64,000 bases of DNA, from positions 512,001 to 576,000 of the forward strand of contig JBFWLW010000001.1 of the NCBI GenBank assembly GCA_050251945.1. The letters are read 5' to 3'. The notes beneath the pieces are model-generated. The model was given only the letters and a program-made list of their open reading frames with translations. It had not been told where the DNA came from and did no database searches. The first letter of the stretch is position 1, and each line of letters begins with the position of its first letter. Positions 8,013 to 17,877 of the stretch are shown one piece after another. This DNA is from Deferribacterales bacterium. GTDB taxonomy: Bacteria; Chrysiogenota; Deferribacteres; Deferribacterales; Geovibrionaceae. The translations under genes were made by a program, and so were the position numbers.

Positions 8013-9038
8013 ATGAAAATCGAAAATAACTACTATAACTTACGTCGCTCACAACTGAAAATTCTCATGCGCTCATATTTCCAAAACGGTGAGCTTTATG
8101 AAATCATGAATCGCAAAACAACAAATGAAATGGCGGTCAAGCTGGCTGATAAATATTTTCACAAAGCAGGACCTACTATCTACGATGAAGTGGTCGGCAT
8201 GTACAAAGTGTTCCTCTGCCTTGCACCGATCCTTCAAAAGCAAAAGAACAGCTTCAAGCTGGACTGGACAAAAGGGAATGCCCTCAGCTGGCTCCGGAGG
8301 CTTTTCAACGGAAGAAACAAGAAATGGTACTGCTCGGTATCTGTTCTGCCTCGACAGCACGATCCGGAGCTCTTCAAGCGTGTGTTTCGCAACTTAGGAA
8401 TATCAGATAACGCTTTTATCGAATATGCCCTTGAGAGATATCTCTGCTTTTGGGGAGCCACTGGGCGAAAAGGATCTCTGGCAAACTGCATCTTCGACCC
8501 ACTCTTTTTCAGAACTGATTCCGGACTCAGAATAGAAAACTGCGTAATAAATGTCTCATCAGCCAAAAAAGACGGTTACTCTCATATCTTTCAACAACCG
8601 CTTGAAATCATGTGCTATTCAGTAACAGGATACGAATTATACAATCGTACTCACATAGAAGTACGTCTCTCCGCAGACTATTTAAAATCTATCCGACAAA
8701 GACTTGGGATTGTAGTTGAAGACCGGACAAGCGTTGAACATAAACTAAGACTGATAAACGCACAGATTAATTCGTTTATCGAAAATGCCAGGTATGCAAA
8801 AGATGCATTCGAGCAAGTGAGAGAGGTGCAGCAGTATTTTTCCGGTAAAACAAAACGTCTTGCAGGCGTTAATCCGGAATTCAGACATATCACAGCAGCA
8901 ATAACAACACAGTATCTTGAACGAGTATCGAACCGCTTCACATACCAGCGAAATAACTTTTTCTGGGATAAGGACCACAACTCAATTCCTGAAAAAACAT
9001 TCATGATATATTTCAGTCCATATCGGGAAAAAATATGA
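8013..9038 (+). CDS. Degenerate group II intron RT/maturase-like protein lacking YADD
   Basis: HDPELFKRVFRNLGISDNAFIEYALERYL (RT3-4-like); GSLANCIFDPL (cf. SPLLANIYLD); LRIENCVI in place of RYADDFVI; LEIMCYSV (cf. FDFLGY); LSADYLKSIRQRL...KLRLINAQINSFIENARYA (domain X-like). Confidence 0.7.
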   Translation: MKIENNYYNLRRSQLKILMRSYFQNGELYEIMNRKTTNEMAVKLADKYFHKAGPTIYDEVVGMYKVFLCLAPILQKQKNSFKLDWTKGNALSWLRRLFNGRNKKWYCSVSVLPRQHDPELFKRVFRNLGISDNAFIEYALERYLCFWGATGRKGSLANCIFDPLFFRTDSGLRIENCVINVSSAKKDGYSHIFQQPLEIMCYSVTGYELYNRTHIEVRLSADYLKSIRQRLGIVVEDRTSVEHKLRLINAQINSFIENARYAKDAFEQVREVQQYFSGKTKRLAGVNPEFRHITAAITTQYLERVSNRFTYQRNNFFWDKDHNSIPEKTFMIYFSPYREKI

Positions 9039-9472
9039 AAATTAAAAGAAAAGCGCAGCCGCCAAAACCATACAGATATCGCCGCGATCTGACAGAAGAT
9101 CATTTTTCTATACGCCATGCATTCAGGAAAGGATTCCGTAAGCTGAAAGTTGAAGTCTTGTATTCAGGTCCAGTTTTCAGGAATTTATATTTTCCTATCT
9201 GGGAACGTTACGCTCCCGGAGAGTTCCGATTTCTGAAAACAGAGTTCAGAGAGTGCAACATCACAGTTATCAGCAATACTGACGTGAAACGAATTTGTAA
9301 CTATATCGACATTGACAAATCTGCCATTCTTCAAGTTTTTTTTGATTTTGCAGCCTTACCTGTACTCTCCGCAGAGGCTCGCGATAATGAGTATTCATTC
9401 CTTGCGAGATTCAGATATGAGGGAGTCAATAGCTACGCATTTGCAACAGAAAGATTGATTAAAAAATTTTAA
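9035..9472 (+). CDS. Hypothetical protein translationally coupled to the maturase-like gene
   Basis: ATGA overlap; 145 aa with basic N-terminus. Confidence 0.7.
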   Translation: MKIKRKAQPPKPYRYRRDLTEDHFSIRHAFRKGFRKLKVEVLYSGPVFRNLYFPIWERYAPGEFRFLKTEFRECNITVISNTDVKRICNYIDIDKSAILQVFFDFAALPVLSAEARDNEYSFLARFRYEGVNSYAFATERLIKKF

Positions 9473-9550
9473 ATAAACTCTTAATCATTGATACATTTGT
9501 AATCATTTCTGAAAAATTTATAAAACATTTCAAAAAGAATCTTAAAACAG

Positions 9551-9570
9551 TTACCCTCTCTGACATTTAC
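9551..9570 (+). promoter_or_regulatory. Conserved operon-head motif TTACC-N5-TG(A/T)CATT
   Basis: TTACCCTCTCTGACATTTAC, near-identical to copies at 16698 and 25831. Confidence 0.7.
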
Positions 9571-9596
9571 TCTTTAGAAAAACTAAGGAGGCATCA

Positions 9597-10529
9597 ATGA
9601 TTGGTATTGATGTAGGATTCGGCGATGTGAAAGCCGCATACCTTGAAAAAGACGAAATTAAGTATCTCAAAATCCCCACGGCAGTAAAATACGCCGGAGC
9701 AAACTCAGCAGGAATAAACGAATCAGGTGTTTATTCTTTCCAGGGTAAAGACTATATAGTCGGCGAAAATGCCCGTTTCGGCGCATTCAGCACCCGCAGC
9801 TATGATTTCCTCAAAAGATACTCCGGTCTGTTCGTATTCCACGTTCTTAAAACACTGAGCATCGAAGATGAGAAAATAGGCATAGGACTGCCTCTGAACT
9901 GGTATTCCAAAAAAGATGACTTTTTCAAAGAATTGACCGCAACAGTGGTAAACGGCGAACTTCTCAAATTTGAACCTAAGCTGTTCCCGCAAGCTGTGGG
10001 TGTTCTGCTTGATTATCGGTACAACATTAAAGGCGAGCTTAAAACTGATACAGACAGAGACGGCATCGTTCTGGATATCGGATACAACACCGTTGATGTC
10101 CTTTGTTTTGAAAAAGGCGCCGCAGTTCGCTCCGATGCAGCAACAATCGAAAAATTCGGTATCTCTCGCATAATCGTCGAACTCACAGACATCATTCAGA
10201 AAGAATACTCTTTCCAGCTTTCAGAACAGGAAACCAAAGAAATCTTCATCTCCGGCAAAATGAAACTTTACGGAGATGAAAAAGATATGTCGGAAACTGT
10301 CAGGTCATTAATCGAAAAATATTTTGAAGAACTCATGCACACAATAGAGGCTCGCTGGGAAAGCAGACTTCAGCGCGCTGAGGTAATGCTGCTTGCCGGC
10401 GGCGGCGCAGTTACCCTCAGAGAGTATATGCCCTCTTCTCTTTCAAAGATCATGGCAGTTCCAGTGCATCCTGAATTCAGCAATGCCCGCGGATATCTCA
10501 AAGGACTGATTAACTCGGAGATAAAGTGA
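9597..10529 (+). CDS. parM: ParM/StbA-family actin-like partition ATPase
   Basis: IGIDVGFGDVK, VLDIGYNTVDV, LAGGGA, EFSNARGY actin-fold motifs. Confidence 0.9.
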   Translation: MIGIDVGFGDVKAAYLEKDEIKYLKIPTAVKYAGANSAGINESGVYSFQGKDYIVGENARFGAFSTRSYDFLKRYSGLFVFHVLKTLSIEDEKIGIGLPLNWYSKKDDFFKELTATVVNGELLKFEPKLFPQAVGVLLDYRYNIKGELKTDTDRDGIVLDIGYNTVDVLCFEKGAAVRSDAATIEKFGISRIIVELTDIIQKEYSFQLSEQETKEIFISGKMKLYGDEKDMSETVRSLIEKYFEELMHTIEARWESRLQRAEVMLLAGGGAVTLREYMPSSLSKIMAVPVHPEFSNARGYLKGLINSEIK

Positions 10530-10729
10530 TGGAAGCATACTTTCAGGTGGCATGTTTTAACTGCTGTAAAGCCGGAAATTGCGGCACAAAGGGCGAATTC
10601 TCACCGGATGAAGACCTTATCCCTTGTTATGAGTTTTCGCCTAAAACAGACGTTCTGACAAGTGCAGTAAAGGCAGCTCGTTCAGGCGTGTACAAAGAAG
10701 AAGCAGAGGTTCAGGCAAATGGCATGTAA
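10526..10729 (+). CDS. Small Cys-rich hypothetical protein
   Basis: Coupled ORF, CFNCCKAGNC. Confidence 0.55.
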   Translation: MMEAYFQVACFNCCKAGNCGTKGEFSPDEDLIPCYEFSPKTDVLTSAVKAARSGVYKEEAEVQANGM

Positions 10730-10970
10730 AAAGAAAACGGGACAAAGCTATTTCAGGGAGTGGTGCATGGAGTGTAAACGCAAAAGTGCAGAACCTAAAC
10801 TACACGGAGACAAGAACGGCGGCACATTTGAGTGCAATGACCTTACATGTCCCGCACAGAGGCACGTTAACGGCATTTATCTCGATGCAAAAGCAATCAA
10901 GACCTATGTGGTCGGTGGTGAGACTGGCAAAAACAACGTTGTCAAACTTGTTAAAAGGAGCGGGATATGA
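10719..10970 (+). CDS. Small Cys-rich hypothetical protein
   Basis: Coupled ORF, CMEC...CNDLTCP. Confidence 0.6.
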   Translation: MACKKKTGQSYFREWCMECKRKSAEPKLHGDKNGGTFECNDLTCPAQRHVNGIYLDAKAIKTYVVGGETGKNNVVKLVKRSGI

Positions 10971-11236
10971 CGCACAAACTCCAGATCACAATTAACAACG
11001 ATGAACTCTACAAGACAATCATGTCAATCAGCAAGACCCAGCGCGGACAGTTTGTGACTATGGCTCTCGCGGCCTTCATCGCTACAGATGAAGGTCAGAG
11101 ACTTGTGAACTCATTCGCAAAGCACAAACCAGCACAAGAAACAATCAACGAGGAGCTGAAGAAAACTAGCGAAGCGATGAAAGAAACTAACAGTAAACAA
11201 GGCGGGATCTCCGTCATGGGCGATTTCGGGGAGTAA
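10967..11236 (+). CDS. ParR-like (ribbon-helix-helix) adaptor
   Basis: KLQITINNDELYKTIMSISKTQRGQFVTMAL; C-terminal acidic/hydrophobic tail; in the parM operon. Confidence 0.5.
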   Translation: MTHKLQITINNDELYKTIMSISKTQRGQFVTMALAAFIATDEGQRLVNSFAKHKPAQETINEELKKTSEAMKETNSKQGGISVMGDFGE

Positions 11237-11246
11237 GGAGTAGCTA

Positions 11247-11534
11247 ATGAAGAAAAAAGCGTTAAGCAAAGAAGAGATAGAAGATAGAGAGTTGGGAAAA
11301 AACTTTGTTCTCGTGATCTTCGGCATACTGTTACTGTTCACTAGTATTAGCCTTGTTCTCGGAAAGAAGGATCCTGTTGTCAGACATACAAGCTATGCAC
11401 CGTGGCATTTTTACTGCGGCGTAGCCATGGCATTTCCTACGTTTGGAAAAATTGTATGCCTTGAAACATCGCTAATCATCATGGAAATGGAAGAGGCTTA
11501 CAAAAGGCAGGGAAAAGACAATGCAAATCAATAA
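11247..11534 (+). CDS. Hypothetical membrane protein
   Basis: AAGGAG RBS; one hydrophobic segment. Confidence 0.6.
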   Translation: MKKKALSKEEIEDRELGKNFVLVIFGILLLFTSISLVLGKKDPVVRHTSYAPWHFYCGVAMAFPTFGKIVCLETSLIIMEMEEAYKRQGKDNANQ

Positions 11535-12792
11535 ATTTCTTAAAAACAAGCAGAAAAGGGCGTTTAAAGTTAAGCGTATTGTCTGGAAGCACGACAAGAA
11601 AGTGGACTTTGGTTACTTCTATAATGTTGATGATATGTTTGATGGCTACTACCATCATGCCGATGGCATCGTATCAATTTGCGCAGCAAAGCTGAACAAA
11701 AAAGATATCTTTGCAGTATGCTTCACAAAAGACGGTAAATTATGGATACCGGTTCTGAACCTTTCCAACGATTATTGCGAAGTCATAAACCTTCTTCATG
11801 AGTTTGCACGGGCTTTAAAACTTAGAAGAGCAGACTGCGGCTGTTGCTTTCATAAGCGGGACAAAGTCTGTTCAAAATTCGGAAGACTTTCTTCTCTTTG
11901 TGGTTTGATTCTCCGGAATCATCAGTGTGGCGAACACGAAAAGCCGAAGCCATTCTATGAATGTAAAGTCTATGAGTATGAGCTTGTTCGTCCGAGAAGT
12001 GCGGAGAGACTTGCTCAGTTGATGAATGAATTCTATCCGGTTGGCAGCTTCGTTTACATCCCTGATTTTGCGAGAGACTATAAGTTTAAAGTCATTGAGC
12101 ATGATGCTGATACACCTAGCATGATGAAAGTTCAGATTTCCCTTTACCGCTTTGTAGCCGTTAATGTTGAGGTCAATGTCAAGGAACACTATGTGTGCCC
12201 TCATAAAGACATTGGGGATGTTTTTGATTTAAGAACTCGAGATCGGAAGTTTGAACCAAGATGCGAGATTAATATGCTCGCAGATGTAGAATTAGAAAAC
12301 AAAAAGTTATCAATACATCTTGCTCAGATTGACAATTCAACGACATACCAAGTTTCAGATGGGGTTATCACTCCAATTAATCGGAAACCAATTATAGCCG
12401 GAGCTGTTTGTGTTGGCTGTGGTTGTGATGATCTCCACGCATGTATCTCAGAAACGGGAGATGCATGTTACTGGTTGAAAGTTAATTATGACACGAAACA
12501 AGGGGTGTGCTCAGAGTGTGAGAGTCTCATAGACGCTGACATAGATCAGCTACCAACAAAGGTTCAAGAAGACAAAAAATACCATATCAAGCTCGCAGGT
12601 TTTGAACAAGCTGATTATCTCGTTATTGATAACAGGGAAGTTATACAAGCATGTATGACTTCACAGCAAGGGCTTTCTGTGGGACAGCCGATTTATAATT
12701 CGGAACTCAAAATCGGCGATAAACTCCTGACTTTAGTGAATGGAGAGGCAGAAGAAGTTGAATATCCCATAATCTCCTTTAAAGAGGTGTGA
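11521..12792 (+). CDS. Cys-rich hypothetical protein with putative Zn-binding domains
   Basis: CGCCFHKRDKVC and CVGCGCDDLHAC...CYW...CSEC. Confidence 0.7.
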   Translation: MQINKFLKNKQKRAFKVKRIVWKHDKKVDFGYFYNVDDMFDGYYHHADGIVSICAAKLNKKDIFAVCFTKDGKLWIPVLNLSNDYCEVINLLHEFARALKLRRADCGCCFHKRDKVCSKFGRLSSLCGLILRNHQCGEHEKPKPFYECKVYEYELVRPRSAERLAQLMNEFYPVGSFVYIPDFARDYKFKVIEHDADTPSMMKVQISLYRFVAVNVEVNVKEHYVCPHKDIGDVFDLRTRDRKFEPRCEINMLADVELENKKLSIHLAQIDNSTTYQVSDGVITPINRKPIIAGAVCVGCGCDDLHACISETGDACYWLKVNYDTKQGVCSECESLIDADIDQLPTKVQEDKKYHIKLAGFEQADYLVIDNREVIQACMTSQQGLSVGQPIYNSELKIGDKLLTLVNGEAEEVEYPIISFKEV

Positions 12793-13475
12793 AAATGAAA
12801 AAAAACAGCTTTTATACAAAACTAGAAAATACGCTGTTCGAAAAAATTGATCCACAGCTAACGTTAACGATTACTTCGGTTATGGGTCTTGCTCCCGTAG
12901 TGTATTATATGCCAGAACACAATAATATCCCCTTAATTGCATACTCTTTTGTAATGCTAGGTCTCACCATGGCTGGAGTTACACTTGGCATTGCCAAAGA
13001 CAATAAAGAAATCGACAAGCTCTGGTCGGAACACAGAAGAAAACGAGGCAAAGTTCAAGGCAAATATGGTGATCGGATTAAAGAGCTTATTCACAACACA
13101 AATTCTGCGGGTGTGAGAGACCATAAAATAGGAGCCGAAGATATTGCATGGCAACTCGAAACAAGGACTTTTAGAACAGAAGATATACTGGAGAACTATG
13201 AACTGCCATCGCTCGTTGAAATTCATAAATTGTCTGAGCTTTTCTTTTGGAGAACATTCAAACTTGATGCCAATATTTCCGAATTTCCAGAAGAAGAAGG
13301 CAACCGTATTATTCTTTGTAACATGCTTTTCATCATCACAGGTGACGAGCGGTATCTGTCAGAAGATTGTAGACCGGAAAGCTCCGTTGTACGCAAAGTA
13401 TTTGAAGATTACGAAGCAGTTTACAACGCAGAATGTTATGAACTTCTTGAAAGTTACGAACGGAGCCTGACATGA
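12789..13475 (+). CDS. Hypothetical membrane protein
   Basis: Two N-terminal hydrophobic segments; coupled in operon. Confidence 0.65.
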   Translation: MKMKKNSFYTKLENTLFEKIDPQLTLTITSVMGLAPVVYYMPEHNNIPLIAYSFVMLGLTMAGVTLGIAKDNKEIDKLWSEHRRKRGKVQGKYGDRIKELIHNTNSAGVRDHKIGAEDIAWQLETRTFRTEDILENYELPSLVEIHKLSELFFWRTFKLDANISEFPEEEGNRIILCNMLFIITGDERYLSEDCRPESSVVRKVFEDYEAVYNAECYELLESYERSLT

Positions 13476-14671
13476 ACTACATAAGCCTTGAAATCAATAA
13501 AGACGGGAAAAACGTTGAGATCCTTCTGGGGGGCACTGTACTGGAAGGCAGCGACATGCAAGGCGGTATCAGGCTGCTTATTAACAACATAGAAGCCAGC
13601 TTACTTAATTCATCTTTACTCGACAAAACTGAAAGAGAGAGCGCTCATCATGACAAACAAGATGAGCTTGAAGAGCAACCGACAACGACAGCACCTGTTG
13701 TTCCCCAGGAGGTGAAGCCCGAAGAACCAGAAAAATCTTTAAAACAGCCGGCTGATAAAAAAGCTGTTCCTGCTAAAGGATCCGCAGCTATTCTCAGCCG
13801 AGCAGTCATTGATTTGATAAACGCTGAATGTTCAGCAAAGGGTTTGAGCATGTTGGGATTCAACGATGTTATCGGAAAATTGTGTGGCAGAAAACCAGCA
13901 ACAATAGGGTTTTACTATTATCAAAGAGCCAATACCCCTGTTGATGTTGCACACATCATTGGTGAAGTGATTGGCTACCAGCTTGAAGTCAAAAAAGATG
14001 AATTTGGTGAAAAAAATTGGTTTCCGGTTAAGCAATGCGATAAAACCAGAGATCTACCGGTTAAACAGAAAAATGTAAAAAAAGTACATAAATCTGTACA
14101 AAAAAACAGTAAGTCCGATGATGTCAGATGTCATCTAAGTACAGAACTTCTTGCCAAAATTGATGAATATTTAAAAATTACGAAATTTTCAAAAGCAAAA
14201 CTGGCGAAGCTGTTAGCTGCAAAATCAGATAAAGCACATCCAACAATACTGAACATGTTTTACGGAGCATTAAGGATGCCGGAGTCTTTGGCACTGAGTC
14301 TTGCTGAAATTCTTGGTATTTCGATAAGTCGTTCACCAAATATGCTCGGTGAAGAGAAGTGGACTATTGCATCGACAGATAAGGGTGACAACGATCTGAG
14401 TGAAAAATCTGAAGCTGGAAACAATGCCGTAACACGTCTATCGACAGGAGTACTCAAACGCATCAAAGAGTACAGAACCGCAATGGCAATAGATGAAATG
14501 CTATTCGCTTACAGGATTGCAAATAATTCAGGGCTCCCGCGCGAAGCATTTATGGATGCTCTTCAGAGTGGAGATGTTTCTGATGAAGTTGCAACCGCAA
14601 TTGGAGATGTTCTTCAGGCAAAACTGCATAAAGTGATGTTCGCTGATGGTGGCGGCGAGTGGAGTTGTTGA
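13472..14671 (+). CDS. Protein with three repeated HTH-like domains
   Basis: Repeats starting LSRAVIDLI / LSTELLAKI / LSTGVLKRI and ending GEKNW / GEEKW / GGGEW. Confidence 0.65.
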   Translation: MNYISLEINKDGKNVEILLGGTVLEGSDMQGGIRLLINNIEASLLNSSLLDKTERESAHHDKQDELEEQPTTTAPVVPQEVKPEEPEKSLKQPADKKAVPAKGSAAILSRAVIDLINAECSAKGLSMLGFNDVIGKLCGRKPATIGFYYYQRANTPVDVAHIIGEVIGYQLEVKKDEFGEKNWFPVKQCDKTRDLPVKQKNVKKVHKSVQKNSKSDDVRCHLSTELLAKIDEYLKITKFSKAKLAKLLAAKSDKAHPTILNMFYGALRMPESLALSLAEILGISISRSPNMLGEEKWTIASTDKGDNDLSEKSEAGNNAVTRLSTGVLKRIKEYRTAMAIDEMLFAYRIANNSGLPREAFMDALQSGDVSDEVATAIGDVLQAKLHKVMFADGGGEWSC

Positions 14672-14729
14672 GTTATCAATATGTTCCTTACCCCTCCGGT
14701 CATTTCAAAAGAAATAACTGGAGGGGATT

Positions 14730-16691
14730 ATGCCCGTCATCATTATCGAATCACCAAACAAAGTTAAAAAGCTGGCTGCCATATCGCATATGCGTGTTCT
14801 ACCCACAGTTGGACACTTTAAGGACCTGCCACAAACAGGACTCGGTATTGACACTCAGAACAACTACTCACCGACATTCGTTGTTTCCCCGGATAAAAAA
14901 GACATACTCGACAAAATCAAAACGGCTTGCCGCGGAGAAACCGTTTATATTGCATCCGACCCGGATCGTGAAGGGTTTGCAATCGGCACGATGGTATATG
15001 AAGAAATTAAAAAGACAGCGCAGGATATCTGGCGGCTTGAAATACACGAAATAACCGAAACAGGTTTCAAACAGGCCATGGAGTCCAAAGTCCTATTCGA
15101 AAGAACAAACGCTGGACTGTTCAATGCATTTCTCGGCCGCAGAGTCTCTGACAGAATTGTCGGGTATACACTCTCCCCTATTACCTCGAACGCGATAGGC
15201 GCAACATACTCGGTGGGACGAGTTCAGTCTCCAGCAGTGCGGCTTGTTGCTGACAGAGAGAATGAGATAGCCAACTTTCAGTCTCATCCATTCTGGACAA
15301 TTAATATAATTCTGGAAAAGGACGGCACCACTTTCACAGCGACAGACGTGGAAGGTCATTACGACTACAAACAAGAAGCCGAAGAAGCTCTTCAGCTGAT
15401 ACAAGCTGATCACGCCATCTGCATCAAAGCTGAAAAAAAGGAAACACAGTCAAAGCCTAAAGCACCCTTCACAACCGTAGACCTACAGGCCGCTGCCGGC
15501 ACTCAACTGAAGATAAGTCCGGAACGTACCATGCAACTTGCCCAACAGCTCTTCGAGGCAGGACTCATTACCTACCACAGAACAGACAGTGTTCGGATAT
15601 CTTCTGAATTCATCACTGAAATCCGAGATCTCATCACTCAGGAATATGGACAAAAATATCTGCCGGCATCACCACATCAACACAAATCCAAAAACTCTCA
15701 GGCTGATGCGCACGAGGGTATCCGCCCCACTCACATTCATGCGGCGTCAGAGTGCAACTCTGTTGTTTGCTCTGAAGGACTTGGTGATGAACACCTGAAG
15801 CTGTATGAGCTGATCTTTAAAAGAACTGTTTCATCACAGATGAGTGCTGCTATCTACTACAGAACAGATTACATTTTCAAAGTACCTCACAAAGGCTTGA
15901 GCGGCGGAGGTTACGATTTTAAAGCATCCGGTAAGACTTTAGTATTTGACGGATATCTCAGACTCTGGAGAGAACAGGAAGAGAGTGAGGAAGAAAATAA
16001 CCAGCTTCCGGATATCGCACTCAATGAAACGGTCAAAAAGCTCAATACGGAGCTGAAAGAAGGCTCTACAAAACCACCGAGCCGGTTCACTGAACCGACA
16101 CTGATTAAAAAGTTGGAAGAACTCGGAATAGGTAGACCCAGCACATATGCCTCAATCATCGGAACCATCAAAAAAAGGAAATATGTGAAAATTGAAAAAG
16201 GCAAACTTGTTGCAACCCCTGAAGGGATAAAACTCTCAGAGTTTCTCAAAGCAAATCATCCGTGGGTTACTGACTACTCGATGACAAAGCAGATGGAAGC
16301 GTATCTTGACGAAGTAGAAGCTGGCAAAAAAGAGTGGCAGCCCATGGTCAGAGATATCCACAGCAAAGTTGGTTTTCATGTATCAGAAAACCGTACCGCA
16401 GGAAAACCTTCAGAGAAGCAGCTTGAGTACGCTCACAAACTGTCAGAAAGAACCGGAATAAATATTCCTCAAGAAGCGTTAGAAAATTCATACCTGTTGA
16501 CAAAATACATAGACAACGCAAAAAAGGTTGTAGACAAAGAATATAGAGACCAAAAGCACTCAAAACCTCTTTCAGAAAAACAACTTGCAATAATTCAGAA
16601 AAATGCACCTGACATCTTTAAAAAGGTGCAAACAGGTGACCTGAAAGCCGGACACACCTTCCTCGATAAATTTTTCAAAAAGAAGCACTGA
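14730..16691 (+). CDS. Type IA DNA topoisomerase
   Basis: IIESPNK, ASDPDREG, GRVQSPA, ITYHRTDS (catalytic Tyr), GIGRPSTY. Confidence 0.95.
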   Translation: MPVIIIESPNKVKKLAAISHMRVLPTVGHFKDLPQTGLGIDTQNNYSPTFVVSPDKKDILDKIKTACRGETVYIASDPDREGFAIGTMVYEEIKKTAQDIWRLEIHEITETGFKQAMESKVLFERTNAGLFNAFLGRRVSDRIVGYTLSPITSNAIGATYSVGRVQSPAVRLVADRENEIANFQSHPFWTINIILEKDGTTFTATDVEGHYDYKQEAEEALQLIQADHAICIKAEKKETQSKPKAPFTTVDLQAAAGTQLKISPERTMQLAQQLFEAGLITYHRTDSVRISSEFITEIRDLITQEYGQKYLPASPHQHKSKNSQADAHEGIRPTHIHAASECNSVVCSEGLGDEHLKLYELIFKRTVSSQMSAAIYYRTDYIFKVPHKGLSGGGYDFKASGKTLVFDGYLRLWREQEESEEENNQLPDIALNETVKKLNTELKEGSTKPPSRFTEPTLIKKLEELGIGRPSTYASIIGTIKKRKYVKIEKGKLVATPEGIKLSEFLKANHPWVTDYSMTKQMEAYLDEVEAGKKEWQPMVRDIHSKVGFHVSENRTAGKPSEKQLEYAHKLSERTGINIPQEALENSYLLTKYIDNAKKVVDKEYRDQKHSKPLSEKQLAIIQKNAPDIFKKVQTGDLKAGHTFLDKFFKKKH

Positions 16692-16697
16692 AGGTAT

Positions 16698-16717
16698 TTA
16701 CCCTCGCTGACATTTAT
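16698..16717 (+). promoter_or_regulatory. Conserved operon-head motif before traA
   Basis: TTACCCTCGCTGACATTTAT, identical to 25831-25850. Confidence 0.75.
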
Positions 16718-16747
16718 AAGGCAGAAAATTTTCTGTGGAGGTATCTC

Positions 16748-17047
16748 ATGTTCAAGAAAATCACAGTCATAGGTCTTCTGCTGCTCATCGCAGGTTCCGC
16801 ATCCGCTTACACCGTTCCGGTTTCCGGCGCTCTTGCATATACCGTGTACGATATCGTGATAAACAAAATCATCGGCGGTCCCATTGGCTACACTGCGGCA
16901 GGAGGACTTGTCACGTATGGTGCGTATGCATTCGGCACTGGTGCGCAAGGCGGCACTGGCACTGCGATCAAAGCAATTACGGCGGGGGGAACTATAGGTG
17001 CACTTGCGCTTATAGTCGCGTCTCTCGGAGCTGTTTATTATTTATGA
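16748..17047 (+). CDS. traA: Conjugative pilin
   Basis: Signal peptide, two Gly/Ala-rich hydrophobic helices, first gene before traL. Confidence 0.7.
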   Translation: MFKKITVIGLLLLIAGSASAYTVPVSGALAYTVYDIVINKIIGGPIGYTAAGGLVTYGAYAFGTGAQGGTGTAIKAITAGGTIGALALIVASLGAVYYL

Positions 17048-17313
17048 AAGCCATAATTCCGCAATACATGCACAAGCCTAACAAGATTAAATTCCTGGAT
17101 ACCGATGAATTTATGTTCATCCTGAACGCTATATTCTTAGGAATTTTCTTGCGCAGCGTAATCATGTTTTTTGCAGGACTCGGTATATTTTGGTTTTACA
17201 GAAAGGGTAAATCAAAATATCCGCGCGGCTTTTTCAAGCATTTGCCACACATCATGGGCATCAGGAATTTCCAGTATTTTTCTGATATTTTCGTAAAGCA
17301 TTTTAAGGAATAA
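17044..17313 (+). CDS. traL: TraL
   Basis: MKAIIPQYMHKPNKIKFLDTDE...KSKYPRGFFKHL; real start lies inside the longer called ORF. Confidence 0.8.
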   Translation: MKAIIPQYMHKPNKIKFLDTDEFMFILNAIFLGIFLRSVIMFFAGLGIFWFYRKGKSKYPRGFFKHLPHIMGIRNFQYFSDIFVKHFKE

Positions 17314-17316
17314 CAA

Positions 17317-17877
17317 ATGATATTCAGGAAATATGTAAGCAGCGCTTCAAACCTGTTCGCTGAAAACCGTTTAGCTAAATTCATAATTATAGTCCTCATA
17401 GCGGTTATAGTGAGTCAGCAGTATATGCTACGGACGGCATTCAGCGAACATCCGGTGTTTTTGATACCCGCAGGGGGGTGGGTCAAGGGTAAAGTGTCTG
17501 TTTCAGCCACAACACTTGACCCTCTTTACCTGAACGGGTTTGGAACATATGTTGTCTCTTTGCTCTATTCTTTCACCCCAGCTGACGTACAAGGCAAATA
17601 TAAAGAACTGACAACATTGCTCGCTCCGGATGCATACGCTTCATTATCCGCCATTCTGTTGAAAAAAGCGGAAAACTACAAAGACAACGACGTATCCAAT
17701 ACAGCAAATATCGTCGGTATCACATTGCTTTCAAAACCGGATGTGATTGAAATTAAGACTGAAGTTACCAAATTCATCACATCAGAAAGAATCGAATCAA
17801 AACAAATCAAAATCAGGATTGCATACGCCGTCGATAACGGTCTCCCAAAAATAACAAAAATCGAAGAGGTAAAATAG
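17317..17877 (+). CDS. traE: TraE
   Basis: N-terminal TM, LYSFTPADV, synteny. Confidence 0.8.
   Translation: MIFRKYVSSASNLFAENRLAKFIIIVLIAVIVSQQYMLRTAFSEHPVFLIPAGGWVKGKVSVSATTLDPLYLNGFGTYVVSLLYSFTPADVQGKYKELTTLLAPDAYASLSAILLKKAENYKDNDVSNTANIVGITLLSKPDVIEIKTEVTKFITSERIESKQIKIRIAYAVDNGLPKITKIEEVK

Noticed and set aside
7866..9038. Retron (a1/a2 repeats plus RT) or DGR
   Set aside because: The protein lacks YADD and the retron VTG motif, no TR/VR pair was seen, and the flanking RNA is group II-like.
16735..17043. 192-aa ORF overlapping the pilin
   Set aside because: An upstream extension of traL; the TraL-like sequence starts at 17044.
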